A DNA stretch of 62,680 bases, counting the filler, from Syncephalis fuscata S228 (Eukaryota; Fungi; Zoopagomycota): assembly GCA_025786725.1 (NCBI GenBank). It is 4 parts of 4 records of this genome, joined end to end, with 100 filler letters (N's around TTAATTAATTAA, not from the genome) between each part and the next. Parts side by side here need not be neighbours in the genome. Positions count along the whole stretch, not along the records: positions 1 to 15,635 come from JAHLTZ010000211.1; 3 more parts are not named here. One strand, 5' to 3'. Positions 1-12,173 of this stretch are shown here, in pieces (within the stretch, counting starts at the first letter, position 1; each line of letters opens with the position of its first letter). Made by a program: the position numbers and the translations under genes. The notes beneath the pieces were generated by a model. The model was not told where the DNA came from, did no database searches, and saw nothing but the letters and a program-made list of their open reading frames with translations.

Positions 1-49
1 GGCGTATGGAATAAAGTATTTGTATGCTTATTGTGTTTTTGTTGGTCAG

Positions 50-1921
50 TTCTCTACAAAACTTTGATATTGGTGGTGATGCAGAGCGTATGCCTGAACC
101 AGTTGTGCGTGCCTTTGGTATTGTAAAGCATGCTGCCGCACAGGTTAACTTGACCTATGGCATGGACGAGCGTGTTGGCAATGCCATCATACAAGCAGCT
201 ACAGAAGTAAGTATACCTTTTAGTTTATTTGAAATAGACATGTAGAATAGACCATTAACTAACTATATCCACTATATTGATAGGTATCTGAAGGCAAGCT
301 GTTGGATCATTTCCCTCTAGTTGTTTTCCAAACTGGCTCTGGAACACAAAGTAACATGAATGCCAACGAGGTAAATAGTTATAATAATGAAATCTAGTAT
401 AAATGAGTTATAACACACATTTATTTAAAGGTTATTTCTAATCGTGCTATTGAACTATTGGGCGGAGAGCTGGGCTCCAAGAAGCCGGTTCATCCAAATG
501 ATCATGTCAATATGTCACAATCATCCAACGATACGTAAGTGTAAAACTTGTAAGGCTTATATCTACTTATACCTATTGCTATTAGTTTCCCTACGGTGAT
601 GCACGTGGCTGCCGCTACACAAATAGCTTACCGTCTTATTCCAGCAATGACCGAGCTACGTGATGAGCTGCAACACTGCTCAGAACGATTTGCTCATATT
701 ATAAAGATTGGCCGTACTCATTTGCAGGTAATTATTGTTAACTTATAGTTTTAATATGTGTAATTTTGTGTTTTATATTATTTAGGATGCAACGCCATTG
801 ACTTTGGGCCAAGAATTCTCAGGCTACGTACAACAAATGTCCTATGGTATCGAGCGTATCCAGTCAACATTACCTCGTCTTTATCTATTGGCACAAGGTG
901 GTACAGCTGTGGGAACTGTAGGTATAGCAGCTATGCTGTATAGTAGTGTTAATGAATAGAATACTAATTTGTCTTAAATAGGGACTAAACACCCGTAAAG
1001 GATTTGATGAAAAGATTGCTAGTGCTGTAGCTGACTTGACTAAATTGCCATTCAAAACGGCACCAAACAAGGTAAGTTAGCTGCTGATATTCATGGCGTT
1101 ATTTATCAACCTACTAACCAATAATACTGTGGCTTGTAAAATAGTTTGAAGCATTGGCTGCTCATGACGCCATTGTTGAAGCTAGCGGTGCATTGAACAC
1201 TGTGGCTGTATCGTTGATGAAGATTGCCAACGATATCCGCCTACTAGGCAAGGTTATTGTAATTAACGATTGGAATGTGTGGCTAATGACTATTGCTAAC
1301 GAATAGGCTCGGGCCCACGTTGTGGCTTGGGAGAACTATTGTTGCCGGAGAATGAGCCTGGCTCTTCTATCATGCCTGGCAAGGTAAATCCCACGCAGTG
1401 TGAAGCAGTTACCATGGTGTGTGCGCAAGTAATGGGCAACAACACGACTATTACCATTGCCGGCTCAAATGGACACTTTGAGGTAAGTAAACGGATATTA
1501 TGGTTAGTATTTACACTACTAATGCGCCACAGTTAAATGTGTTTAAACCAGTGATGATCAAGAATCTATTGTCATCTGTGCGCCTAATTGCCGATGCCTG
1601 CGACAGTTTCCGCAATAACTGTGTTGTTGGCATCCAAGCCAACGAAGAGCGCATTAGCGAAATTATGAACAAATCGCTTATGCTGGTCACTGCTCTGAAT
1701 CCTCACATTGGCTATGACAGTAAGTGCAATATTAGTTTGTTTTATATGTGCGTATACTGATCAATGGGTTGTCTATTGTGTATAGATGCTGCTGCCGCTG
1801 CCAAAAAGGCTCACAAGGAAGGCACTACGCTTAAAGAGGCAGCTCTCTCCTTAAGTTGCTTTCATCCGAAGAATTTGATGCTTGGGTCCGTCCCGAAAAT
1901 ATGATTGGCCCAAAGGCTTAA
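50..1921 (+). CDS. FUM1: Fumarate hydratase class II (5' part outside window), multi-exon
   Basis: Spliced translation gives [49 protein letters not shown] and the signature [15 protein letters not shown]; C-terminus [17 protein letters not shown] needs a 1-bp correction near 1850. Confidence 0.97.
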
Positions 1922-2386
1922 TATTTTTTAGACAATAAAGAATAGCTTATGCACTTACTTAACATGCAATCACTAACTGATATACTAGCTATTGAATAGC
2001 ACTTGAGAATAATGGTGGATTATTTGGCCATAATGACGAATTTGTTCTATAACGGATTTAATTGCCTTGCTGTTTATCTTTAATAAGTTGTGCACGTGCT
2101 AATTCATCATGTTTTCCTTTATTCAGTCTACAGCGCCACATTTGTTCAATTCAATTTAATATAATTAAATTAATAACTGCTATACACATTTACGTTCATT
2201 TTGATGTCATTGCCGAAATAAAACATTAAGCACGTTTAAAATACCAAATACATATATCTGCATGTGTTTGCTTGCAATAGTGACTAGCTCAGTATTAAAT
2301 GCAACACTTTTCCTGCTTTCTCCGTATTCTCAGCTTTATTATTTTGTCGCGTTTCTATAATATCAATTGAAAACATTATTGGTACC

Positions 2387-3228
2387 ATGTACTTTAAAAG
2401 TGGATTTATAAACTTTATTATTTATGCAATATTCGTACTAATAAGTTGTAAAAATGCTATGGGCATTCCTGGTTTGGAGGTTTATCGAGTTGGAAGTGGG
2501 TATGGCACAGATTAATCGACTTATGACTAAAAATCATTTAGGATATCACGCGTTAAAGAGAGGTGCACACTTTAGATACCCCGGCCTTGAGATTAAAGAA
2601 AAGCTTCCTGAATCAACGCAACAATTATTATTTGCTTCTGGGACTCTTCGTGCTGATCACACTGTACAACAAGTATATATTACATGTGGTGAAGAGACGG
2701 CACCGCTAAATACACTTTTATTTTACAAAGTAGCTTGCTTGCTTATAATAATACATTTGGCAATACTAATTGTAGATGTTTTTGCTAGGAGCTTTTACGG
2801 AGAAGCAATGCACAGGAGATTTCACGCAGCCTACGTAGATCAATTGCCATCCCAATAGGTACTTTCGCTGTAGCCGATTTACAATGCTATATTACATTGG
2901 CTGAATGCAGTATAACATTGGAAGCTTATCGAGAACTCGCTAACTCATTCGATTTTCCCTCGAATAGCTTTGATCCCATCTCTAAATCAATAGCAGAAGG
3001 TGAGTCGTTTAACAATGGTGAATATTAAACTAAATTTTATTTAGCTGTAGATTATGTTACATCGCTTGGATGGCTTACGAGTGTTAGTTCTTCTGGTAAG
3101 CTAGTAGTATGAATATAAAAAATCTAACTACCCGTTATTTAGAAATATGTATCAATGTTGACGATCTAGGCCAGCATGTGTCTATGTTTGCGTTAAATCC
3201 ATTTATATTTGGTCATCAACCTCATTAA
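2387..3228 (+). CDS. Secreted truncated pseudokinase-like protein, array copy 1 (5 exons)
   Basis: Signal-peptide-like MYFKSGFINFIIYAIFVLISCKNAMG; GT-AG introns give an open frame VYITCGEE...CYITLAEC...SIAEAVDYVTSLGWLTSVSSSEICINVDDLGQHVSMFALNPF, resembling kinase subdomains II-VII. Confidence 0.8.
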
Positions 3229-3670
3229 TATTAAATAAAATAAAATGCAATTATACTTGTGCAAGCATTGAAGTTATTTTACTGTTGAAACGCCGTCATA
3301 GTCGACTTTTGTGTCACAAGACTCCATGCTTTCAATTCGATAAAATAGCAAAGGATACTTATTGTGCAAGTCTTATCGTAGAAGACAGCGACACATCAAC
3401 AGTAGTTTTTTTTACAAATTGGGAACATTACTTTGAAGTAAAATACATGCTATTTCAAAACAACAGTCAACGGATATAGAAATTTGATTTGTTTCGCAGT
3501 TTAAAATAAGAAAATTGAATAAGTTGCGTACAAACTCGGAAAGATGAATGCGTGAAACATGCTGTTATTGTTCAAGTTAACGAGTATATAACTGACGCAC
3601 ATGTATATACACAGCATCTCTTTTCATCTGCTTTTTTATTTTATTTTTTAGATACTAGACAGTACACATT

Positions 3671-4539
3671 ATGATGATTGGAAACAAGCTGACTTTGCTT
3701 ACATACATGGCACTCTTACTAGCCAATGCCAGTTATGTATTCGCTGGAATACCAGTATTTAGACCAGTACCTGAAATACCTTCACTAAAACCATCGCAAA
3801 TTAGTATGTAAAGAAATAATACCAATTATTATTTGTACATGTTAACAACGATTTTTATAACTTTAACTTACCTAAATTCCAGAGTATGATGGGCTTCAGA
3901 TTGTCCTTGCATATGAAAATCCCCACCGATCTGAACAAACTTTCTACGGAAAATTTAACTGGCCAAAGCCCAACAGCGGTGTCTATGTTACATGTGGAGA
4001 TCAACGCTGGAAATCAAAAATACTTTTATTTTATGAGGTAGACTTTAAATATGGCTGATAAACTTCAATATTAAGTAGTATGCAATAGGATCTTATGATA
4101 AAAAATCAAAGGGGTGAAATATCAACGGAAATGAAGCGACTTATTGCCATTCCGTATGTTTCTTTTAAGGTCAATGTAATGACATGCTACATTACATCTG
4201 CCGAATGTAATGATACTTTGGGGGATTTTGAAAAAAGCGTCGTTCGTACAGGACAAGGTCAGGAAGCATTATTTTACCATATGGATGAAGCTAGTAAAGG
4301 TATGTAGGCTGCGGATTTGATGTGCTTTATTGACATACTATGTTTAGTTCAAACTAGAATGAGAGATTTTGGCTGGGAAACTCAGCTTGAACCAAGCCGT
4401 AAGTTGGAATGCAGTTTGTGCTTGATAAACTAACTGCTAGTTTTTAGATGTATGCTTAAACCTTGATGATAAAGGAAGGCACGTTTTTCTTTTTAATGTC
4501 GATCCATTGATACTAAGACACAATACGAACAGTTCTTAA
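3671..4539 (+). CDS. Secreted truncated pseudokinase-like protein, array copy 2
   Basis: Signal-like MMIGNKLTLLTYMALLLANASYVFA; same exon layout; VYVTCGD, AIPYVSF, CYITSAEC, FGW, VCLNLDDKGRHVFLFNVDP. Confidence 0.8.
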
Positions 4540-5165
4540 TAGGCTTGCTTGGATCTTGTTCAATAGCAAATGTTCTATTGCTTTTTTGACAACAATAAAA
4601 GCAATAATTTGATAGATTAGCTCAACAAGTAATATAGCGTATTTAAATTGATACTTTATTCAAATGTATACTATATATTTATTTTGCTACTAAATTTGCT
4701 CATGTTTTATATATTATATTGAGGTTACTATTTACATAAATGATCAAATTAATACAAGGCAAAATCGATGAAGATCCATTAATTGTAGTAGAAAACTTAT
4801 GAAGCAATTATAGCCACTTAAGCATAAGGGTAAGTATGGAAAGTTAATTATATAATCATCGATAGTACTGGCTATGGTAAATCCACTCGTCAGCGTTTAG
4901 AGCATTGTGTCGCTTAAACAATTGCCATGTATGTAATGCTATATTCAGCGCTGATGATTTGGATGGGTATAATTTTTTAAAGCGCGCTACTTGGTACAAA
5001 TAAAGCCATAAACACGTGGTATGTTAGAAATGGACAATAATTTATTGCGAAAATTGCAAAGAAAAATACAAACATCAATGAACTTTTTTACATTTAATAG
5101 TTAATTTTTTAAATAAAGTGTAATCTAAACGCTTTGATATAGGCAATAAACGATCAATAGTCATT

Positions 5166-6029
5166 ATGATTATGCCAAGTACAGTTATCGCCGTTGCTAC
5201 CGCCGTCTGTGCGACATTTTTAGTGGTTAATATCAGCTATGTCTCTGCTATGCCTGGCATACCTACACTATCATATTCATTAAACTATATCAGTATGTAT
5301 ATAAGCAAATAAATATAATACTTGGTAGTAATTAACATTTATTATCTTTTATATTATTTTATTCAAGATCAAGGATATAATGGGCTCAAGGTTACAAAAG
5401 AATATAGAAATAGACATACAGCAGAAAGGTTTTTTTCTGGACATCTTAATGATGAAAGATTCAATAACCCTGTCTACGTTACATGTGGAGATGAAAGCGA
5501 CAAAAAAGCAGAAACCATTTTATTTTACAAGGTAGGCTATTATTAGCGTGTTTACAAAAACCAGTGCTAACCTTTTAATAGGATCTTATGCAAAAGAATA
5601 GGGCAAATCTGCTTGCACCTATATTGAAACGGTATATTGCCATTCCATACGCATCTTTTAAGGTTGAAAAGATGACATGCTACATTACATCCGGTAAATG
5701 TTGCGATAATTTGGAAAATTATACAAAAATTCCTATGTTTGCAGATTATGGTGCTGATGCCTATGATGTCCATATAAGTCAGGCTGGAGCCGGTACGTAG
5801 ACTAAACACTTAATGCTATCTATTAATCAAGTTGTTTTAGTTGATAGTCAGATGGAGAAGATTGGGTGGATTATTGAGATTGAAGATAAAGGTAAGTATT
5901 AAGCTGTATCAATAGTTGATAAGTCTAACTATTTGATATTTAGATATATGTTTAAATATTGATGATAAGGGAGAGCATGTTTTTCTTTACGCATTTGATC
6001 CGTTCAAATTAACCAGCGGCAGAATTTGA
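5166..6029 (+). CDS. Secreted truncated pseudokinase-like protein, array copy 3
   Basis: Signal-like MIMPSTVIAVATAVCATFLVVNISYVSA; 5 exons; ends ICLNIDDKGEHVFLYAFDPFKLTSGRI*. Confidence 0.82.
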
Positions 6030-6411
6030 AGCTGAAATAAAAATTTAGATTTAGATTTGAAAATTTCACGCTTATTATTGAAAATAAATAATATGCTAGT
6101 ATATAGAAACATTAAGTGCATTACCTACTACTGGTACAAAATAGATTTTATAAAAACTGTCAACTAGCATGCTAAATTCAAACCCAATTATATGACTAAA
6201 TATAATTTTTAAACATTCTATTTAAATAAATTAAGCAATGAACACATGGTTTACTAGAAACGAACAATAGTTTATTGCAAAATAAAAATAATTGCAAAGC
6301 TTGTAAAAAACGCAAATTTAAATAAATATCATCTAAAACTAATCCTTTTTATTTTCAATTAACTATAGTTTAGAATTCTTGATACAGCCAACGAAACAAA
6401 CAACAATTATT

Positions 6412-7283
6412 ATGATTATGCTAAGTAAATTCATTGCTGCCGTCAGCGCTGCTTGTGCGACATTTTTAGCGGTTAGCATCAATTATGTCTTTGCTATACC
6501 TGGCATACCTACACTAGCATATTCATTAAACTATATCAGTATGTATATAAGCAAATAAATATAATATTTGGTAGTAATTAACATTTATTATTTTCTATAC
6601 TGTTTTATTCAAGATCAAGGATATAATGGGCTCAAGGTTACACATGAATATAGAAATAGACATACAGCAGAAAGGTTTTTTTCTGGATATCTTGACGATG
6701 GAAGGTTCAATAATCCTGTATACGTTACATGTGGAGATGAAAGCGACAAAAAAGCAGAAACCATTTTATTTTATAAGGTAGGGTATTATTGGCGTGTTTA
6801 CAAAAAACTAGTACTAAGCTGCTTAACAGAGTCTTATGCGAAAACGTAGGACAGGTGAGATTTCAGCTATATTAGGGCGATTTATTGCCATTCCGTATGC
6901 ATTTTTTAAAGTCAATGGAATGACATGCTACATTACATCTGGCGAATGTCGTGAAGATTTGGCCAAATACCAAGCACTTACCTTACTTATGGAAAATGGT
7001 ATTGAACTTTTTATGCGTACTAATAGTAGTATCTCTGTTGGTATGTAGACTATACGCTTAATATCATAAGTTAATAAGTTTGCCTTAGTTCATGAGCAAA
7101 TGAAAATCCTTGGATGGAATCTTAAAGCTGAAGATAAAGGTAAGTGTTGTGGTACATTGCTAATTAGCAAATCTAACTATTTAATATTTAGATATTTGTG
7201 TGAATACTGATGAAAAAGGTGATCATGTTTTTCTTTTCGCTTTTGATCCATTCAAGCTCACCAATGGTGCTATTTGGATTTAA
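6412..7283 (+). CDS. Secreted truncated pseudokinase-like protein, array copy 4
   Basis: Signal-like MIMLSKFIAAVSAACATFLAVSINYVFA; exon 2 nearly identical to copies 3/5; ends ICVNTDEKGDHVFLFAFDPFKLTNGAIWI*. Confidence 0.82.
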
Positions 7284-7662
7284 AATAAATTTTTAGATTT
7301 AGAATTAAAATAATACATCTATTATTGAAAATAAAAAATATAAGGATGTATAGGAACATTAAGCACGTGTTTATTAATAGCACAAGATGGATTTTATTAA
7401 AAAAACTATCAATAGCATGCTATATTCAATCTCAACTTTTTGACTAAATATAGATGTTTAAAATCGTGTTATTTAAATAAATACGGTAATGAGCACATGG
7501 CTTATTGGAAGTTAATAATATTTCATCATAATATAAAAGAATTGATAAACTTATAAAAATACAAGCATATACGAATTTCTTCACACTTAGTAGCTGCTTT
7601 TTATTTCCAATCAACTATAGGTTAAACGCTTTGATATAAGTAATAAACGATCAATATCCGCC

Positions 7663-8526
7663 ATGATTATGCCAAGTACAGTTATTGCCGTTGCTACTGC
7701 CGTCTGTGCGACATTTTTAGTGGTTAATATCAGCTATGTCTCTGCTATGCCTGGCATACCTACATTATCATATTCATTAAACTATATCAGTATGTATATA
7801 AGCAAATAAATATAATACTTGGTAGTAATTAACATTTATTATCTTTTATATTATTTTATTCAAGATCAAGGATATAATGGGCTCAAGGTTACAAAAGAAT
7901 ATAGAAATAGACATACAGCAGAAAGGTTTTTTTCTGGACATCTTAATGATGGAAGATTCAATAACCCTGTATACGTTACATGTGGAGATGAAAGCGACAA
8001 AAAAGCAGAAACCATTTTATTTTACAAGGTAGGGTATTATTGGCGTGTTTACAAAAACCAGTGCTAACCTTTTAATAGGATCTTATGCAAAAGAATAGGG
8101 CAAATCTGCTTGCACCTATATTGAAACGGTATATTGCCATTCCATACGCATCTTTTAAGGTTGAAAAGATGACATGCTACATTACATCCGGTGAATGTCG
8201 CGATAATTTGGTTGACTATCAATCACGCACTTTAGTTTCAGAAAATGGTGTTCAGCGTTTTATGCTTCATATGAATGTCATTTTAGCTGGTATGTAAATG
8301 ACATGTCTAATATTGTAAATTAACAAGTTTGCCCTAGTTCGTCAGCAAATAATAAATCTTGGATGGAGTGCTCAAGCTGCGAGTAAAGGTAAATATTGAG
8401 CTGTGTTACTAGTTAGCAAATCTAACTATTTGATACTTAGACATTTGTGTGAATGTTGATGCGGAAGGTGATCATGCATTTCTTTATGCTTTTGATCCAT
8501 TCAAGCTTACCAACGGTGTTATTTAG
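7663..8526 (+). CDS. Secreted truncated pseudokinase-like protein, array copy 5
   Basis: 5' part nearly identical to copy 3, 3' part closer to copy 4; ends ICVNVDAEGDHAFLYAFDPFKLTNGVI*. Confidence 0.82.
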
Positions 8527-8616
8527 ATTTAGATTTAGATTTATTATTAAAAATGAATAAAATAATATATATAGAAACATTGAGCGCAATAAACATCATA
8601 CAAGCTACTTGGTTGT

Positions 8617-10886
8617 TTAATCGTAGTCGTTGTATTCATCATATCCATAGTCTGGCATTTCATCGTCATCTTCCTCTTCATCTTCATCTTCATCGTATTC
8701 CTCCTCTTCCTCTTCCTCCTCTTCCACTGCTGCTGCTGCTGTTGCTGTTGTCGTTTCCTTTCCATCTGGTGTACTAGTTGTTGATTGCTGTTGCTGCTGA
8801 CTAGTAGTCAATTCATCTACAGACGATTTGTTACTATCAGGTGATGCTACTAATGCTGCTCCTTCCGTAATATATGGTTTAACCGGTTCTACTCCAGGTT
8901 CTTCAACCACCTCATACTTAATTGGGAATGCCATTTCTGTCTCTTCTTTTTCTATGGCTGTTGGCTCATCATCAAATAACGCATCAATCACTGCGTAATT
9001 AATTTTACGAGAAAATTTTTTAGAGTTTAACATCTTTTTGGCCGATTCGGCGGCAGAACGAGATGACTCATCAATGGGTATATCTCCACGACGTCGTCGC
9101 TATAATTCATCAGTAATATCAATTAATCCATTTGACATATACCGTCTAATTGTTACCTTTCTTGATGGCCGTAAAGCTGATTTCCCCTCAGCGGCTTCTC
9201 GTTTTGCCCGTTCTAATTACACATAATTAATCAGCTACTATTTAATACAGTATACTTTATACAACTTACCAGCCATTTTCTCAATGTAATCACGATTATT
9301 CTCTTCCCAGATCTCAGTTTTTACTGCCACTTCATCTTTAGTCAAAAATATTTGCTCGATTTCATCATCATCAACATCACTCCAGTTTTCTACATTTTCA
9401 TCAACTAATAACATGCCAGTTAATAAGTAGAATACAATCGTTGCTATAAATCACGTACTATTGTCGTCTTTGTATTCACGCGGCACCGATCCAGTCATTG
9501 ATACTAAAGCACTGGCTGCTTCCTTCAACAAAGCATGTGACGTGCTATCCACGGTGGCACTACCAATAATTTCCGATGTAACCGGCTTCATACGCAGTTT
9601 GCCCATTGTAAATGCCGGTGGGTCACACGCTTCTTCAAGTGACATGGTCTGAAAGTCAGCCATAGTCAATTTACTAGAAGGTGTTGCCATAAACTCTTCC
9701 ATTCTAATTGATTAATAACAAATGTAAATTACTTATTAAATGACTTTGTTATAGTACATCGTACCGTCTTTTCAGCGTAGCATCACCAATCTTAACTACA
9801 CGCATTACTTCAGCGGTTGTTCGCCGGAAATCATGCATTCTTGCCGCAATTAATAGGCCTAAATACATAAACAGTAGTTAGCCATGTTAAAGCTTAATCC
9901 CATCGTATTATATTTCTTACATGCACCACAAATACCCGCTGGACGTCTTCCCGTCTGGATCCAGTCACGATTCATACGCTGTACCAAACGCAATGCATCT
10001 GCTGCTACCGTAGGAGTTGCATCGCCAAATTCCAACATTGCAGCAAATCGATGGATATAAATCGATGGATCCACTAGCGGTAAACGTAGATTTAGTTCTT
10101 TAACTAGTTTAAGAAATGTGTTGCCCAGTGAAAACACATTGATCTAAATGTACGCTGGCTTAATACCGTATAGTATAGCTATTAAAGCTGTCAAATCTTA
10201 CCTGGAGTACATCAGAGAAATCAATCAACATATGGCTTGTACGTTCCATACGACAAGCAATATACAAACAGGCTGCACCGACGCTTTGTGTAGTACGTCC
10301 TCGAGTGAAATTATATGCCAGTGCCAGGTTGAAATATCTTTGTGCAGCGTCAACGTATCGTTCTGAAATACGTAATGCCGTAGCCAGTGCTTGAATACGA
10401 CGACGCCCTAATATTTCATTAATAGTATACATTGTATTATTAGTAAATATATTAACTTGGCCGATAATATCTACAATTCACCGTCTATACACTTACCGTT
10501 GGCTATACTTTGTTCTCGTGACTCTAGCGTTGTTTGACGTCGATTCAATCCGAAAGAAACAGCTCGTCCTAGTTATTAATACGCCGTTTAGCTACACTCT
10601 CGCTTTATTTCTGCCAGTAGCTGTATAGCACTATTCCTGCTAATCTTACCCTGACCAGCACTAATATACGAGCCCATTAATACTGCGGCACCATTGGATT
10701 TCTCGCCAAACTCCACCTCCTTCGACAAAGCGTTCTCTTCAAAGACCTAGAAACAAAACAGCTGTTTATTCACCGCTCATTGTCTACAAATCGACGTATA
10801 CTTACAATGCCACATTGCACGCAAAATGCATTGCCCTGAGCATCATCGTGCTCAAACGTGTTGCCGCCACAACCTTTGCACGGCAT
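8617..10886 (-). CDS. BRF1: TFIIIB subunit Brf1 (TFIIB-related factor)
   Basis: N-terminal Zn ribbon MPCKGCGG...FCVQCG; cyclin-fold motifs [47 protein letters not shown]; DPPAF; KKFSRKINY; acidic tail. Confidence 0.96.
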
Positions 10887-11150
10887 ATTAGACGTGAGAC
10901 GACAGGTTGTTAAATAGTAAGTATGCAGTAACAATCACAGCACAAATTCAATAAAAGAAAAACCTCATTCGGTAGTTGAAACTTTTTGTTTTATTTTATT
11001 CTGTAATAGCAACACGCCGTCTAACAACAAACGTAGTAATAACAAGAGTGGAGAGGGCGTGGTCGCCGTTGATATACGAGTTAGAATAAGCGACTAGAGC
11101 GCTTAAACAATAATAAACGTGAATGCTAAAGAGACGGTAAAGAATTGACC

Positions 11151-12071
11151 ATGACTGACCCAGCTGCTCAAGAAGGGTATCTAGTTTCCGCTTCACTTAA
11201 CTCGGACGATATTGGCAACAAGGTTGAAGACGACTATTTCAACGATGATGACACGCTTGACTTTGATGCTATGACAAGCGCACTTGAAATAACTGAACAA
11301 AACTTTTTATCCCAACAGCAACAAACATCAAGATCAAAAGAGTATATAGGCGAAAGTAATGATGGTGATACACAGCATCGCGAATTGACATCTACCCAAG
11401 TAAGTTGTACTTATAGCTATAATACTTTTCATTAGTATTGTAGAGTAATAGCATTAACATTAAGCATAATCTAATTTATATTTGTATAGACACTACGCAT
11501 TCCAATGACACAACCAGCGATAAGTCCATTGGAAATGAATATTTTACAAAAAGATGGAGAAATATCGATACTACGACAGAAATTGTTGCAAGTAAGTGCT
11601 GGTGTAATTAAAAGTGCTATCTATTTATTAACAGCTTATTGAATAGACGACCGACCAACTAGCAATGCTACAGCAGGAATTAACAACGCTAAAAGAAACA
11701 ACACATCAGGAACGACAAGAGCGCGAACGAGAATATCATCGAGAGAAGAGTGGATTGGAGGTTCAATTGCAATTTGCAGTAAGTAATACTACTACAACCA
11801 TTATAACAATAATAATAGGCATATTTATGAATTATATTAATTTACGTAATTGTATTTATAATAGAAATTGGAACAAGGTGCTCATGCTATGAATGGAAAA
11901 TTAATAGCCAGCAAAAGCAAAAGCAAGCCACCACCACCACCACCATTACCCTCATCCTCTCCTGCCTTTGACGATTCTTTTCCAGAAACATCTAAATATT
12001 GCACTTTTAAAGAACAGTATCAAGAAAAACGACAGCACTGGCGCCACTTTCAATCGCTTAAATACTTGTAA
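11151..12071 (+). CDS. ATRIP/Rad26-like protein, apparently only acidic N-terminus plus coiled coil (~230 aa, 4 exons)
   Basis: Acidic EDDYFNDDDTLDFDAM, then QKDGEISILRQKL and EKSGLEVQLQF, matching the ATRIP/Rad26 coiled-coil pattern GEI.ILR...EL.F. Confidence 0.6.
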
Positions 12072-12173
12072 TAAACATTATGTAATAAATAATATCAACT
12101 ATTAAAAAGTGGTGGTTAAATCAATCTCTACTTTAATTAATCTCAACTTTTCTTTAATAGCTCCAAAGTCATT

